64,000 bases of DNA from Kiritimatiellia bacterium (GCA_045598585.1 JAZLMG010000057.1:9832-73831), one strand, 5' to 3'. Numbered from the stretch's first letter, positions 10,106 through 19,545 are shown. The notes: generated by a model from the sequence alone, not told the origin. Numbers and translations are program-made.

Positions 10106-10123
10106 GTATTATATCATATTTCC
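10106..10123 (-). promoter_or_regulatory. Conserved extended -10 promoter element, copy 1, upstream of the aminopeptidase gene
   Basis: Minus-strand GGAAATATGATATAATAC (TGnTATAAT). The TATAAT ends about 7 nt before ATG at 10100. Confidence 0.5.
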
Positions 10124-10158
10124 CAGTCTTATGGAACAAGGAAATCATTTTCTTGAGT

Positions 10159-10737
10159 TCAGCGGAAGCCCAAGATTTTATGTAGCTGTACCGAAAGGGA
10201 GAAGCCGTCCAATTGGGACAGAACCGATTTAGCAGTAGCGAAATCGATATCCCCCTCATGATCGCAGGGCGAGATATAAAAATCGTCCGCGGCGATTTTC
10301 GCTTTCATCTCGCGGCAGAAAGCAACAATGTCCTCGCTTTCGGCGACAATCCGAACTTCATTAGCCGAAGTAAGTTCGATTACCGAGCCACGCTTCGGAG
10401 ATGTCGCGACATAATCGACAAAGGAAAGCCAATCGGGCGCCTTCGTCCCATTCGTCTCGACCCCTATCCAGTACCCTTCTTTTTTCAAAGCCGCGACCAG
10501 TTCAGGAATGCCCTTTTGGATAGTCGGCTCTCCGCCCGTTAGAATCACGCTTTTGGGCTTGAAGCTCTTGATTTCACTTAAAAGCTCTTCGAGCGAAAGC
10601 GAAAAGCGCTTCGAGAAATCGGTATCGCACCAAGGGCACTTCAAGTTGCAACCGGCGAAGCGTACGAAGACCACAGGGCGACCGGAATTTCTTCCTTCAC
10701 CCTGCAGCGATTCGAATATTTCAACTAACGGATACAC
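10159..10737 (-). CDS. queE: 7-carboxy-7-deazaguanine synthase (radical SAM)
   Basis: 192 aa. LQGEG with a CNLKCPWCDT cysteine cluster and the QueE fold. Confidence 0.85.
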   Translation of the reverse strand: MYPLVEIFESLQGEGRNSGRPVVFVRFAGCNLKCPWCDTDFSKRFSLSLEELLSEIKSFKPKSVILTGGEPTIQKGIPELVAALKKEGYWIGVETNGTKAPDWLSFVDYVATSPKRGSVIELTSANEVRIVAESEDIVAFCREMKAKIAADDFYISPCDHEGDIDFATAKSVLSQLDGFSLSVQLHKILGFR

Positions 10738-10738
10738 G

Positions 10739-12316
10739 TTACTTCGCGGCCTTCAGGGCCTCAATTGCAAGTTCCGCAAAAGGAATCTTGTCACGCGGAT
10801 GAACATCATTCGGAGTGCCCAAGCCCGCAGCAAAAGTGTTCACGAAAATCGCACGCTTTTCTTTCGCGGCCTTTTCCTGCGCGGCGCGGTAAGGTTCCCA
10901 AGGACGATTCATCTTAGGTAAGCCCATCATGATGAAAGGAATATCCTTATCGCCGCGAAGCTCGTCGATAATCGCGAGATTCGTCTCCAGCATGTAATCA
11001 TCGGCCAAGGGAACGTCGGGACGAACGTTCGTCGTCGCGTTCGATTCGCCCTGATACCAGAGAATACCGGTCAAAGGATAGTGGGCGATACGCTTGATGC
11101 CCTCATCGTACATAAGCGAGACGGGCCACCAATACGCCTCTTCGGCCTTGCCCTTACGACGCTGATACTCGCGCTTACACCAAGCGCAAGGGAAGTCGGC
11201 ATTCTTGTCTATCGTATGGCGGTTCGTGGCAATCTTCGCAAGCGTGGGATACTTCTGCGAGCCATCGGGATTGACGGCGCACATCGTCGACTCGCGGAGG
11301 AAAGCCTCGGTCGGAGCACCGCCTGCCGCGACATAGAGAAGCACCACCGACTTTTTCGTCTCAAGCGCGCGGCGAATACCGAAGCTGACGCCGAACGCGC
11401 TGCGCTTCGTGGCGTTCTTGGAAGTGAGCTTGGTCCAGCTGTCGTCATTGAAATCCCAAAGCCAAACATCAAGCTTATCGAGCTGGGCAAGTTCCTTTTG
11501 AGCGCGAGCTTTCTCTTCGGCGCCGTAGCTGAATTCGCCCCAGCCCTTCTGCATATTCGACTGGCCCGCGATAAGCCAAAATTCGATCTTCTTGCCCTTA
11601 AGTTCTTTCGGGGGAACAACGCGCGGCTTGGCAGGTTCGGTCAAAGCTTTGAAGGTAGTTTCGGCAATGATCTTCGCACCGTCGGTGTTCGGATGAATTT
11701 TATCCGCGGCGAAAATACGGTCGCAATCAGGCATCATCGGCTTCTGCATATCGATCGTGCGAGCGTTGAAACGCTTGGCGATCGTTTCGAGATCGTCCTG
11801 CATCAAGAACGCTTCGGGCGAACGATAGAAACGCTGACCTTCGGTCAAAGTCGAAAGCTTCGTCCACATGTAGAACTTCGTTTCCGGATTGACCTTAACA
11901 TAATCGCCTAAGAGTTCCGAATAATCTTCGATGAATTGTCCGCGCTTTCTGCCGCCGACATATTCTTTGATGTATTCGCCGTTATCGTTGATGCCGAGAT
12001 TGCAAATAACGATATCGGGCTTCCACTCGAGAGCGGCCTTATGTTCCTTCATATAACGATAGCCACGCATTTCGGCGCCACGCTTGGAGTCGAGATAAAT
12101 GCCGCGACCCGAGTTGCCGAAATTGCGAACTTCATACTTCCCGGGATACTTCGCATTCAAAAGAAGCTGAAGTTGATTCGGGTAGCAAGTGTTCCCACGA
12201 TCCGGGAGACAATAGCCGAACGTGATCGAGTCGCCGATACAAGCGACTTTAACGGGATCGGCAACGGCGCTTAGCGCCAAGCCGACAAGAGCGACGAGTG
12301 CTAATGATTTTTTCAT
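10739..12316 (-). CDS. Secreted two-domain carbohydrate esterase (SGNH/GDSL hydrolase + SASA/DUF303 sialate-O-acetylesterase-like domain)
   Basis: Signal peptide MKKSLALVALVGLALSA, GDSITFG (GDSL Ser) and a second domain with GQSNMQKGWGE. AGGAGG Shine-Dalgarno. ATG overlaps the thiD TGA (ATGA). Confidence 0.7.
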   Translation of the reverse strand: MKKSLALVALVGLALSAVADPVKVACIGDSITFGYCLPDRGNTCYPNQLQLLLNAKYPGKYEVRNFGNSGRGIYLDSKRGAEMRGYRYMKEHKAALEWKPDIVICNLGINDNGEYIKEYVGGRKRGQFIEDYSELLGDYVKVNPETKFYMWTKLSTLTEGQRFYRSPEAFLMQDDLETIAKRFNARTIDMQKPMMPDCDRIFAADKIHPNTDGAKIIAETTFKALTEPAKPRVVPPKELKGKKIEFWLIAGQSNMQKGWGEFSYGAEEKARAQKELAQLDKLDVWLWDFNDDSWTKLTSKNATKRSAFGVSFGIRRALETKKSVVLLYVAAGGAPTEAFLRESTMCAVNPDGSQKYPTLAKIATNRHTIDKNADFPCAWCKREYQRRKGKAEEAYWWPVSLMYDEGIKRIAHYPLTGILWYQGESNATTNVRPDVPLADDYMLETNLAIIDELRGDKDIPFIMMGLPKMNRPWEPYRAAQEKAAKEKRAIFVNTFAAGLGTPNDVHPRDKIPFAELAIEALKAAK

Positions 12317-13065
12317 TTTAGTCCTCCTAATACACCACAATTTTCACCTACTAAATAAGAAGTCGTAATCGCTTTATGAACGAACGCTTTCGCGCCTTCA
12401 ACCGCATTGACGAGTTCATGCCCTAAAGCGAGTTCGGCGGCAAGAGCTGCCGCGAGCGTGCAGCCCGTACCATGCGTCGAAATCGGATGCTCGATCTTCG
12501 GAAGCTCGAATTCGCGGCGTTCTTTCCCGTCAAAGAGGATATCGATCATCTTCCCGTCTACGCGATGCCCGCCTTTAACGAGCACGGGAACGCCATACTT
12601 ATCATAAAGCGCCTCGGCGCTTCCTCCGAGTTCTTCGGCTTCGGGAAGATTCGGCGTTATCAAAGTAGCGAGCGGAAGAAGCTTTTCCTTGATTCGTTCA
12701 ACCGCCTCTTTCGAAACAAGTCTCGCACCACTCGTCGCGATCATCACGGGATCGATTACTTTCTTGATTTCAGGATGCTTACTTAGACGGTCAGCTACTA
12801 TATCGATAACCTCGATTTCTCCAAGCATTCCCGTCTTCAGCGCCTTGATATTGTAGACGCCCAAGACCGCATCGAGCTGAGCTGCGACGAAATCGGCAGG
12901 AACCGAGTGAATCGCGTAAACGCCGAACGGATTCTGAGCGGTGAGCGCGGCAAAAACGGTTGCACCATGAAGCTTGTAGGCGTGGAAAGCGCGAAGGTCC
13001 GCTTGGACTCCCGCATTCCCGCCCGAATCGCTTCCCGCAATCGTAAGTACCGCCGGCTCGATCAT
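12313..13065 (-). CDS. thiD: Hydroxymethylpyrimidine/phosphomethylpyrimidine kinase
   Basis: 250 aa. GSDSGGNAGVQADLRAF and the ribokinase-like fold typical of ThiD. Confidence 0.85.
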   Translation of the reverse strand: MIEPAVLTIAGSDSGGNAGVQADLRAFHAYKLHGATVFAALTAQNPFGVYAIHSVPADFVAAQLDAVLGVYNIKALKTGMLGEIEVIDIVADRLSKHPEIKKVIDPVMIATSGARLVSKEAVERIKEKLLPLATLITPNLPEAEELGGSAEALYDKYGVPVLVKGGHRVDGKMIDILFDGKERREFELPKIEHPISTHGTGCTLAAALAAELALGHELVNAVEGAKAFVHKAITTSYLVGENCGVLGGLK

Positions 13066-14369
13066 TTCCCTAACTTCTCGGCAAGTTCACGAATACGGCG
13101 CGAAGTGCGAACGGCGCAGAACTGCTTGCCGCACATCGAGCAATGATCGTCGGAGTGAGCTTCGTCGGTAAAAGCGCGCGTCTTGAGCCAACGCGCCTTC
13201 GCTTTCTCGGGATCGAGCGCACACTTGAATTGCTTATCCCAGTCGAAGTCACGACGCGCTTTCGACATTTCGTCATCGATATCGCGAGCGTGAGGAAGCC
13301 CACGTGCGATGTCGCCTGCATGCGCGGCGATCTTATACGCGATGCAACCTTGATGAACTTCTTCGCCATCGGGAAGCCCGAGGTGCTCGGCGGGAGTTAC
13401 ATAGCATAGGAGCGATGCGCCGTAGGTCGCGGCAGCGGTAGCGCCGATCGAAGAGACGATATGATCGTAACCGGGCGCGATATCGGTCGTAACCGGGCCT
13501 AAGACGTAGAAAGGAGCTTTCTTGCAAACTTCCTGCTGACGCTCCATGTTCATCTGAATCTGGTTGAAAGGAACGTGGCCGGGGCCTTCGACCATAACCT
13601 GAACGCCACGAGCGCGGCACTTTTCAACGAGTTCGCCGAGGACATCGAGTTCGCCGAATTGCGCTACATCCGAGGCGTCCGCGAGACAGCCGGGACGAAG
13701 ACCGTCGCCCAAAGAAACGGTAACGTCATGTTCGACCAAGATATCAAGGACTTGATCCCACATCACGTAAAGCGGATTTTCCTTATTATGCTCCATCATC
13801 CACTCGGCCATAATCGCACCGCCGCGCGAGACGATGCCCATGAGACGCTTCATCGCGTCGGGGATGTGCCGAAGCAACAAGCCCGCGTGCAAGGTCATGA
13901 AGTCGACGCCTTGCTCGGCCTGAGCGCGGATTACATCGAGGAGGAAGGTCGGATCCATTTCGGGGATGTCGCCTTCGAGTCGGGAAATCGTCTCGTAAAT
14001 GGGGACCGTCCCCAAGGGTTTGGGGCTCGCGTCGAGCATACCCTGGCGAATCGCCTTGATATCTTCACCGACCGAGAGATCCATTACGAAATCCGCACCC
14101 GCCTTAAGCGCGATTTCGAGCTTTTCAAGTTCATCGCCCTTCCCGGAATGAGTCATCGAACGGCCGAGATTCGCGTTGATCTTCGTCGTGAACATCCGAC
14201 CGACGCCAACCGGGTGACAGTTCTTATGATGAATATTAAGCGGGATAACCGCCTCGCCCGACGCTACCGCCGCGCGTACGGCTTCCGGCTCGAGGCCTTC
14301 GTCCGCCGCGACGATCTTCATCGCCTCGGTGATGATTCCGTTTCTTGCTGCCTGAAGTTGTGTCATCAT
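13062..14369 (-). CDS. thiC: Phosphomethylpyrimidine synthase
   Basis: ThiC radical SAM C-terminal CSMCGKQFCA. Start set at the ATGATG after an AGGGAGGG Shine-Dalgarno that follows the TAA of the upstream gene. Confidence 0.9.
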   Translation of the reverse strand: MMTQLQAARNGIITEAMKIVAADEGLEPEAVRAAVASGEAVIPLNIHHKNCHPVGVGRMFTTKINANLGRSMTHSGKGDELEKLEIALKAGADFVMDLSVGEDIKAIRQGMLDASPKPLGTVPIYETISRLEGDIPEMDPTFLLDVIRAQAEQGVDFMTLHAGLLLRHIPDAMKRLMGIVSRGGAIMAEWMMEHNKENPLYVMWDQVLDILVEHDVTVSLGDGLRPGCLADASDVAQFGELDVLGELVEKCRARGVQVMVEGPGHVPFNQIQMNMERQQEVCKKAPFYVLGPVTTDIAPGYDHIVSSIGATAAATYGASLLCYVTPAEHLGLPDGEEVHQGCIAYKIAAHAGDIARGLPHARDIDDEMSKARRDFDWDKQFKCALDPEKAKARWLKTRAFTDEAHSDDHCSMCGKQFCAVRTSRRIRELAEKLGK

Positions 14370-14377
14370 GCCCTCCC

Positions 14378-15052
14378 TTATCGCTCGAAGTTGCCGGTTT
14401 CCATGTCGTTCAGCCATTTCTGCCGCGATTCTTCATTCGGCGCGACGAGAATGCCACGATATTTGTACGGCACCCAATTGTTTGTCCAAGTCGTATCTCT
14501 GAAAGGTTCGTCGAAAAGCGCTTGATCGGGCATGATATCATCGATCGACCCCATCTTCCCGTCGGGTCCACGCGAATAGAGAATCGGATGACCGGACTCG
14601 AGGCGCTCGTAAAAATAAGGATTTCCCCAAGGATCGTTTACAATGCGCTTACAATAAGGCCCGTTCCAACCGACGACTTTCGGTGTTATGTTGGTAAGCG
14701 CCGCGAGTCCTTCTTCGGTCGAAGGATAGTCCCCGACATGAAACTTATATCGGCCTAACGCAACCGCCAAAGCATCCATCGACTTTCGCGCGTTGATTTG
14801 GGCTTTCGAGATATGGGCTTTTCCACCGCGTCCCGTAGCCGTGAGCACGAGCGAACCGAGAATCATCATTCCCATAATCATCACCAAGTAAAAGATGAAG
14901 CCACGCTTCATCTTCGGGAGACCTCCCGAGAGCATGTCTTTTTTCTTGGCGAATTCGCGACGGATTCGCTCTTTGGCGATTCGCTTCGAATCCGTTTCCT
15001 TCAGCTTCGTTTTAGCCGGGAATTTCGCCTTAAGTCTGTTGTAATCAACCAT
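14378..15052 (-). CDS. Type II secretion GspG-like pseudopilin-domain protein with non-canonical N-terminus
   Basis: DYPSTEEGLAAL and NDPWGNPYFY GspG signatures. The N-terminal helix starts MKRGFIFYLV and lacks the conserved Glu+5. The true start may be MKRGF at 14911. The longer ORF adds a 47-aa basic extension. Confidence 0.6.
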   Translation of the reverse strand: MVDYNRLKAKFPAKTKLKETDSKRIAKERIRREFAKKKDMLSGGLPKMKRGFIFYLVMIMGMMILGSLVLTATGRGGKAHISKAQINARKSMDALAVALGRYKFHVGDYPSTEEGLAALTNITPKVVGWNGPYCKRIVNDPWGNPYFYERLESGHPILYSRGPDGKMGSIDDIMPDQALFDEPFRDTTWTNNWVPYKYRGILVAPNEESRQKWLNDMETGNFER

Positions 15053-16355
15053 CGATTCGTTCCAAAATAAGTTCGTTGGTCGAAGCGGAAATCACGCTTT
15101 CGATTTTGAACGCTTTAAGCGCCTCGGCAGCGGCTTTCTCGAGCCCTTCGGGGCCCGTCGACTTCATCAATGTTGCAAGCGGCGTTCCGACCGTAACCTT
15201 ATCTCCGCGCTTCACATTAAGATCGATACCGGCCTGAGGATCGATCTTATCCCCCGCCTTCTCGCGGCCCGCGCAGAGCATAAAGGCCGCGCGAGCGATC
15301 TTCTCCGCATCGATCTCGGTCACAAACCCCGAGCGCATCGCCTGAATCGTGAACTTGAAAGGACGCTCTTTTCTCAATGCTTCAAAGCGCGAAAGATCGC
15401 CGCCCTGAGCTTCGACCATTTTGACGAACTTCTTGTACGCGGAGCCGTCGGCAAGACGAGCTCTTGCCAATGCGCGAGCTTCATCAAGCGGAATATCAAG
15501 CGAAAGCGAGACCATGAGCGACGAGAACTCCACGCAAAGAGCCGTCACCTTCTCATCGAAGCTCTTTCCGGAGAGGATTTCCAGGGCTTCCTCGACTTCA
15601 TTCGCATTACCAACCGAGCGGCCCAAAGGCGCGGACATGTCGGTTACGAGCGCGGCGGATTTGCGCCCCGCGGCTTTCGCGCCCCCGACGAGCGCTTTCG
15701 CGAGTTCCAGCGCCTCTTCTTTCGTCTTCATGAAAGTGCCCGAGCCGCATTTCACGTCGAATACGAGCGTTCCCGCGCCTTCCGCGAGCTTCTTAGAGAG
15801 AATCGACCCGACAATCAAAGGAATCGAAGCGACAGTACCCGTCACATCACGAAGCGCGTAAAGCTTCTTGTCGGCAGGAGTGATTTCGGCCGTTTGAACG
15901 GTCATCGAAACTCCCGCTTCCTTGACGACTTTTTGGAAATCCTCAAGCGAAAGCGAAGCGTTGTAGCCCGGAATCGTTTCGAGTTTATCGGCCGTGCCGC
16001 CCGTAAGGCCGAGCCCTCGTCCCGTAAGCGACGGAACCGCGACACCGCAAGCTGCAGCGAGCGGTTGAATGATAAGCGAGAGCTTGTCGCCGACGCCTCC
16101 CGTCGAGTGCTTGTCGGCGGTAATCATGTCCCAAGTAAGGCATCTACCCGAATTCTTCATCGCCTCGGTAAGATCGGCCGTTTCGCGCTCGTTCATTCCG
16201 CGGCAACAAATCGCCATCGCCATCGCTGCCATCTGATAATCCGGAATTTCTCCCGAGGTGAAGCCCTCGATGAATTCACGAATTTCAGCCGTCCCAAGCG
16301 CTTTTCCTTCGCGCTTCTTATCCAACAGCAATTTGGCGATCATGGCTTTCTCCAA
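15045..16355 (-). CDS. Pyrimidine-nucleoside (thymidine) phosphorylase
   Basis: 436 aa. HSTGGVGDK phosphate-binding motif and a two-domain Pdp/DeoA architecture. TTG start. Confidence 0.85.
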   Translation of the reverse strand: MEKAMIAKLLLDKKREGKALGTAEIREFIEGFTSGEIPDYQMAAMAMAICCRGMNERETADLTEAMKNSGRCLTWDMITADKHSTGGVGDKLSLIIQPLAAACGVAVPSLTGRGLGLTGGTADKLETIPGYNASLSLEDFQKVVKEAGVSMTVQTAEITPADKKLYALRDVTGTVASIPLIVGSILSKKLAEGAGTLVFDVKCGSGTFMKTKEEALELAKALVGGAKAAGRKSAALVTDMSAPLGRSVGNANEVEEALEILSGKSFDEKVTALCVEFSSLMVSLSLDIPLDEARALARARLADGSAYKKFVKMVEAQGGDLSRFEALRKERPFKFTIQAMRSGFVTEIDAEKIARAAFMLCAGREKAGDKIDPQAGIDLNVKRGDKVTVGTPLATLMKSTGPEGLEKAAAEALKAFKIESVISASTNELILERIDG

Positions 16356-17074
16356 TAAGACAAATATTCGATATTGCCCATTTCTTTGCCGCGAATCGGG
16401 CTCTCCTCGAGTCCGAGGAGATCGAGTTTCAAGGTTTCAGTCGCGAACTTGACGATTTTATCGCGAGCTTCCAAACGAAGCTTTTCGTCTTTAACGAGAC
16501 CTCCAGGGGCATTGCCCTTCCCGACTTCGAATTGGGGCTTGATCAAAGCGACGATTTCTCCCCCGGGTGCGAGTACGTCGTTGATCGGGGGAAGAATCAG
16601 CTCGAGAGAAATGAAAGAAACGTCAGTAACCGCCAAAGTCGGCACTTCCGGCAAATCCTCCGACTGCATATAGCGGGCATTGTAATTCTCTTTTACCCAA
16701 ACGCGCGGATCCGCTCTAAGTTTGTAAGCGAGTTGGTTGGTGCCGACATCGACCGCCATAACCATCTTGGCGCCGTTTTGCAAAAGGCAATCGGTAAAGC
16801 CGCCCGTCGAAGAGCCGACATCAAGACAAATCTTCCCTTCGGCGGAAAGCGTTTTGAACTTATCAAAGGCGCCGGCCATCTTCTCTCCGCCGCGAGACAC
16901 GAATCGAGGCGGCGCTTCGATTTCGAGAATCGCGTCGCTCTCGACTTGCTTGGAGGCCTTGAACTCGACTTGACCGTTGACTCTTACCTTCCCCTCCATA
17001 ACGAGGGCTTGGGCACGCGTACGACTTTCCGCAAGCCCCGAATCGACCAAAAGAACATCGAGTCGTTTCTTCAC
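16340..17074 (-). CDS. tlyA: TlyA-family rRNA 2'-O-methyltransferase
   Basis: N-terminal S4 domain (MKKRLDVLLVDSGLAESRTRAQALV) plus an FtsJ-like methyltransferase domain (LDVGSSTGGFTD). Confidence 0.8.
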   Translation of the reverse strand: MKKRLDVLLVDSGLAESRTRAQALVMEGKVRVNGQVEFKASKQVESDAILEIEAPPRFVSRGGEKMAGAFDKFKTLSAEGKICLDVGSSTGGFTDCLLQNGAKMVMAVDVGTNQLAYKLRADPRVWVKENYNARYMQSEDLPEVPTLAVTDVSFISLELILPPINDVLAPGGEIVALIKPQFEVGKGNAPGGLVKDEKLRLEARDKIVKFATETLKLDLLGLEESPIRGKEMGNIEYLSYWRKP

Positions 17075-18174
17075 TTTTCTTCCTTATCGAGGAAAGTCAT
17101 TTTGATGATATCCGATTTCGCGAAGCCGCGCTGAATACCCATCTTGACCTCGACCATTACCTGTTCGGAATCTGCCGAGACATAAACGCCGCGATATTTC
17201 CCATTCGGCGTCTCGATTTCCACATTCGGCGTGAAGACGCGGCGCAGAGTGACATTGGCCTTAGATGTCTTCGATTTCTGAATCTTCGGATGACGAGTCG
17301 AGTTCGCGTAGCCGTCTTTGGAGATCGTAAGAGTATGCTCGCCTTCGAGCAAGTTCTCGATCGCGAGAATCTCGCTGAAGCCCTCGCTTTCGCTTCCGAT
17401 TTCTTTCGTCGTGCCGACGACTCGCCCGTCGATACTGACTTGAGCTCCGGCAGGAAGCGTACGGACCTCAAGGCGACCCATGACATTCGAAAGACGAAAT
17501 TCTTCACTTACCGAAGCTCCGTTCCCGACCTTAATCACGCGAGATACCGGCGCATAGCCCTCGATTTCGGCGCGAACATTGTACTCCCCGCTTTCGATAC
17601 CGGTCAAGACAAGCGGTGATTTGCCGCGGAAGACATTATCGATATAAATACGGCCACCCTCGGGAAGCGTCGTCAATTGGAGCGTACCCGCCAAAGGCTG
17701 AAGCTTCAGATAGAGATTTTGAACTTCACCCGCGCCGAGCTTAAGTTCGCGCGTTTCCGGCTTGAAACCTTCGTGCTTAACGGTAACTGAAACGTAACCT
17801 TTGGCGATACCGGAAAGCGAAACGGGCGTTTTTCCGCGATCAAGGCCATTAACGATTACCGAAGCTCCCGCAGGCTCCGTCTTGATTTCAAGCGCGCCCG
17901 AATCGAGCACCAACTTCTCATTCACGACTACCGGCTCTCGACCATTGAGAAATCTTACGTCGATTCGTTTCGATTGATAGCCGTTCTTACTTAAGGTAAG
18001 ACGGTGGAGTTCGCCGATTTCAAGAATGGTGATAAGGCGAGGCGTTGCGCCGAGATTAACGCCATCTCGTGAGATTTCCGCGCCGCTGGGCTCGGAAGAA
18101 ACGAGCAAAAGGCCCGATTCCGCTTGAGCGAACAAGCAGAGCGCGGCGAAAAACAACGCTAAAAACTTCTTCAT
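17071..18174 (-). CDS. Secreted PEGA-domain repeat protein
   Basis: Signal peptide MKKFLALFFAALCLFAQA and four or five PEGA-like repeats (e.g. EPAGASVIVNG, LPEGGRIYIDN, LPAGAQVSIDG). Confidence 0.7.
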   Translation of the reverse strand: MKKFLALFFAALCLFAQAESGLLLVSSEPSGAEISRDGVNLGATPRLITILEIGELHRLTLSKNGYQSKRIDVRFLNGREPVVVNEKLVLDSGALEIKTEPAGASVIVNGLDRGKTPVSLSGIAKGYVSVTVKHEGFKPETRELKLGAGEVQNLYLKLQPLAGTLQLTTLPEGGRIYIDNVFRGKSPLVLTGIESGEYNVRAEIEGYAPVSRVIKVGNGASVSEEFRLSNVMGRLEVRTLPAGAQVSIDGRVVGTTKEIGSESEGFSEILAIENLLEGEHTLTISKDGYANSTRHPKIQKSKTSKANVTLRRVFTPNVEIETPNGKYRGVYVSADSEQVMVEVKMGIQRGFAKSDIIKMTFLDKEEK

Positions 18175-18175
18175 C

Positions 18176-19543
18176 TTATCGCGCTCCTTTGATTCGATTG
18201 GTGACGTCCAAAAGTTTACGTTCCGCCGTCTTATGACGTTCGTCTTCGGGATCGGGAATCATCTCCATCAAGAGACGAAGTTCGGTTTTCGCGTCTTCCC
18301 AATGGCTCGTATTTATCGCACGATCGGCCTTGAAAAGCTGCTCTTTATAACGCTTATTAAGCTCATCATTCGCTGTACGCAAATTCTCACGCACTTTATT
18401 GAACCACTCGGGTTTGGGGTTGATCGTGTCGAGATAGAAGATCGACTCGTTAAAGGCCTTGATCGCCATAGCGACATTGCCGAATTCCACATCTCTTTCA
18501 TCCCACTTCGATTCGCCGAGTTCATAAGCGCCGAACGAGAGCTCCAAGAGCTTTTCTTTCGGGTATTGAATCGACCAGATGCCGAGTTCATTATTGACGA
18601 AAGTCTCGAGGTTTTCTCTAAGTTCGCGAAACGCTTCCGGCTCGGGGGCGTTCTCGATATAACACTCTTTAATAAGGCCATCGATGTTGAAGCTGAGTTT
18701 GAAACTCTTAAGCTCGTTGATCGCCATCGAGCTTTCTCCCGCATATTCCTTCTCCAAGGTTTTGACGCTATCGGAAGCGAGCATGTCCGAGAGCCGTACG
18801 AGCGCCTTGTCGGCGAGCTTCGAACTCTTTCGGACATGACGATTCGCCGCGGGGACATCATCCAATTCCAAATTGATTTTGCCCGTTTCCTCGACAACGA
18901 TATGATAGCGGAAGATGCGGCTGGAATCGGCATCGATCTTCTCGTATTCAAGCGCTTTCAATTTCGAATGAGCATCAGCATCCGTGTTTGCAAGCGAGGA
19001 AATATCGGACTTTTTATCTTCAACAGGCACCATCAAAAGCGCAACTGCCGCGAGAATCATCAAGAGCGCGACGCCGAACCAAACGAAATTAAGCCATATC
19101 GGTCGCTCGGCTTTCTCCGTCTTTTCCCCGGTCTCATCGCCCGACTTCGATTCTTCCTTCTGAAGTCCAAGATCGATCTTATTGTCGATTTTCGCTTTCG
19201 ATTCGGGCTGAGGAAGCTTCATCTCAATCGGTTTCGGTTTATCGGAATCGACCACGGTCAAAGTCGTATTGCCGACTTCGATGATATCGCCGCTATTAAG
19301 CGTTTTCGTCTTCGCGCCGATCGATTCGCCGTTTACTCGCGTGCCGTTCGCACTGGCAAGATCCGTGACATTCAACTCCCCGAGCGCGGTCAATTCGAAA
19401 AGACAATGATTACGCGAAAGTTCTTCATCAGTTACATGAATATCGTTCGAAGACGAACGTCCAAGGCGCATGCCCATAGACGTCACCTTGAAGATACGTC
19501 CCTTCTCTTCGCCGGAATCAAGTCTTAAGAAAAGTTCGGTCAT
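18176..19543 (-). CDS. FHA-domain membrane protein with C-terminal domain of unknown function
   Basis: Start at MTELFL (M26 of the ORF), abutting the upstream stop. N-terminal FHA domain (GRSSSNDIHVTDEELSRNHCLF...NGTRVNG), one TM helix (WLNFVWFGVALLMILAAVALLMV) and about 250 aa of unknown domain. Confidence 0.75.
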   Translation of the reverse strand: MTELFLRLDSGEEKGRIFKVTSMGMRLGRSSSNDIHVTDEELSRNHCLFELTALGELNVTDLASANGTRVNGESIGAKTKTLNSGDIIEVGNTTLTVVDSDKPKPIEMKLPQPESKAKIDNKIDLGLQKEESKSGDETGEKTEKAERPIWLNFVWFGVALLMILAAVALLMVPVEDKKSDISSLANTDADAHSKLKALEYEKIDADSSRIFRYHIVVEETGKINLELDDVPAANRHVRKSSKLADKALVRLSDMLASDSVKTLEKEYAGESSMAINELKSFKLSFNIDGLIKECYIENAPEPEAFRELRENLETFVNNELGIWSIQYPKEKLLELSFGAYELGESKWDERDVEFGNVAMAIKAFNESIFYLDTINPKPEWFNKVRENLRTANDELNKRYKEQLFKADRAINTSHWEDAKTELRLLMEMIPDPEDERHKTAERKLLDVTNRIKGAR

Positions 19544-19545
19544 GA

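Noticed and set aside
14912-15052. TPP riboswitch upstream of thiC or the gspG-like gene.
   Set aside because: No THI-box consensus (CUGAGA...ACCUGAUC...GGAA) was found by eye. Only short palindromes are present.
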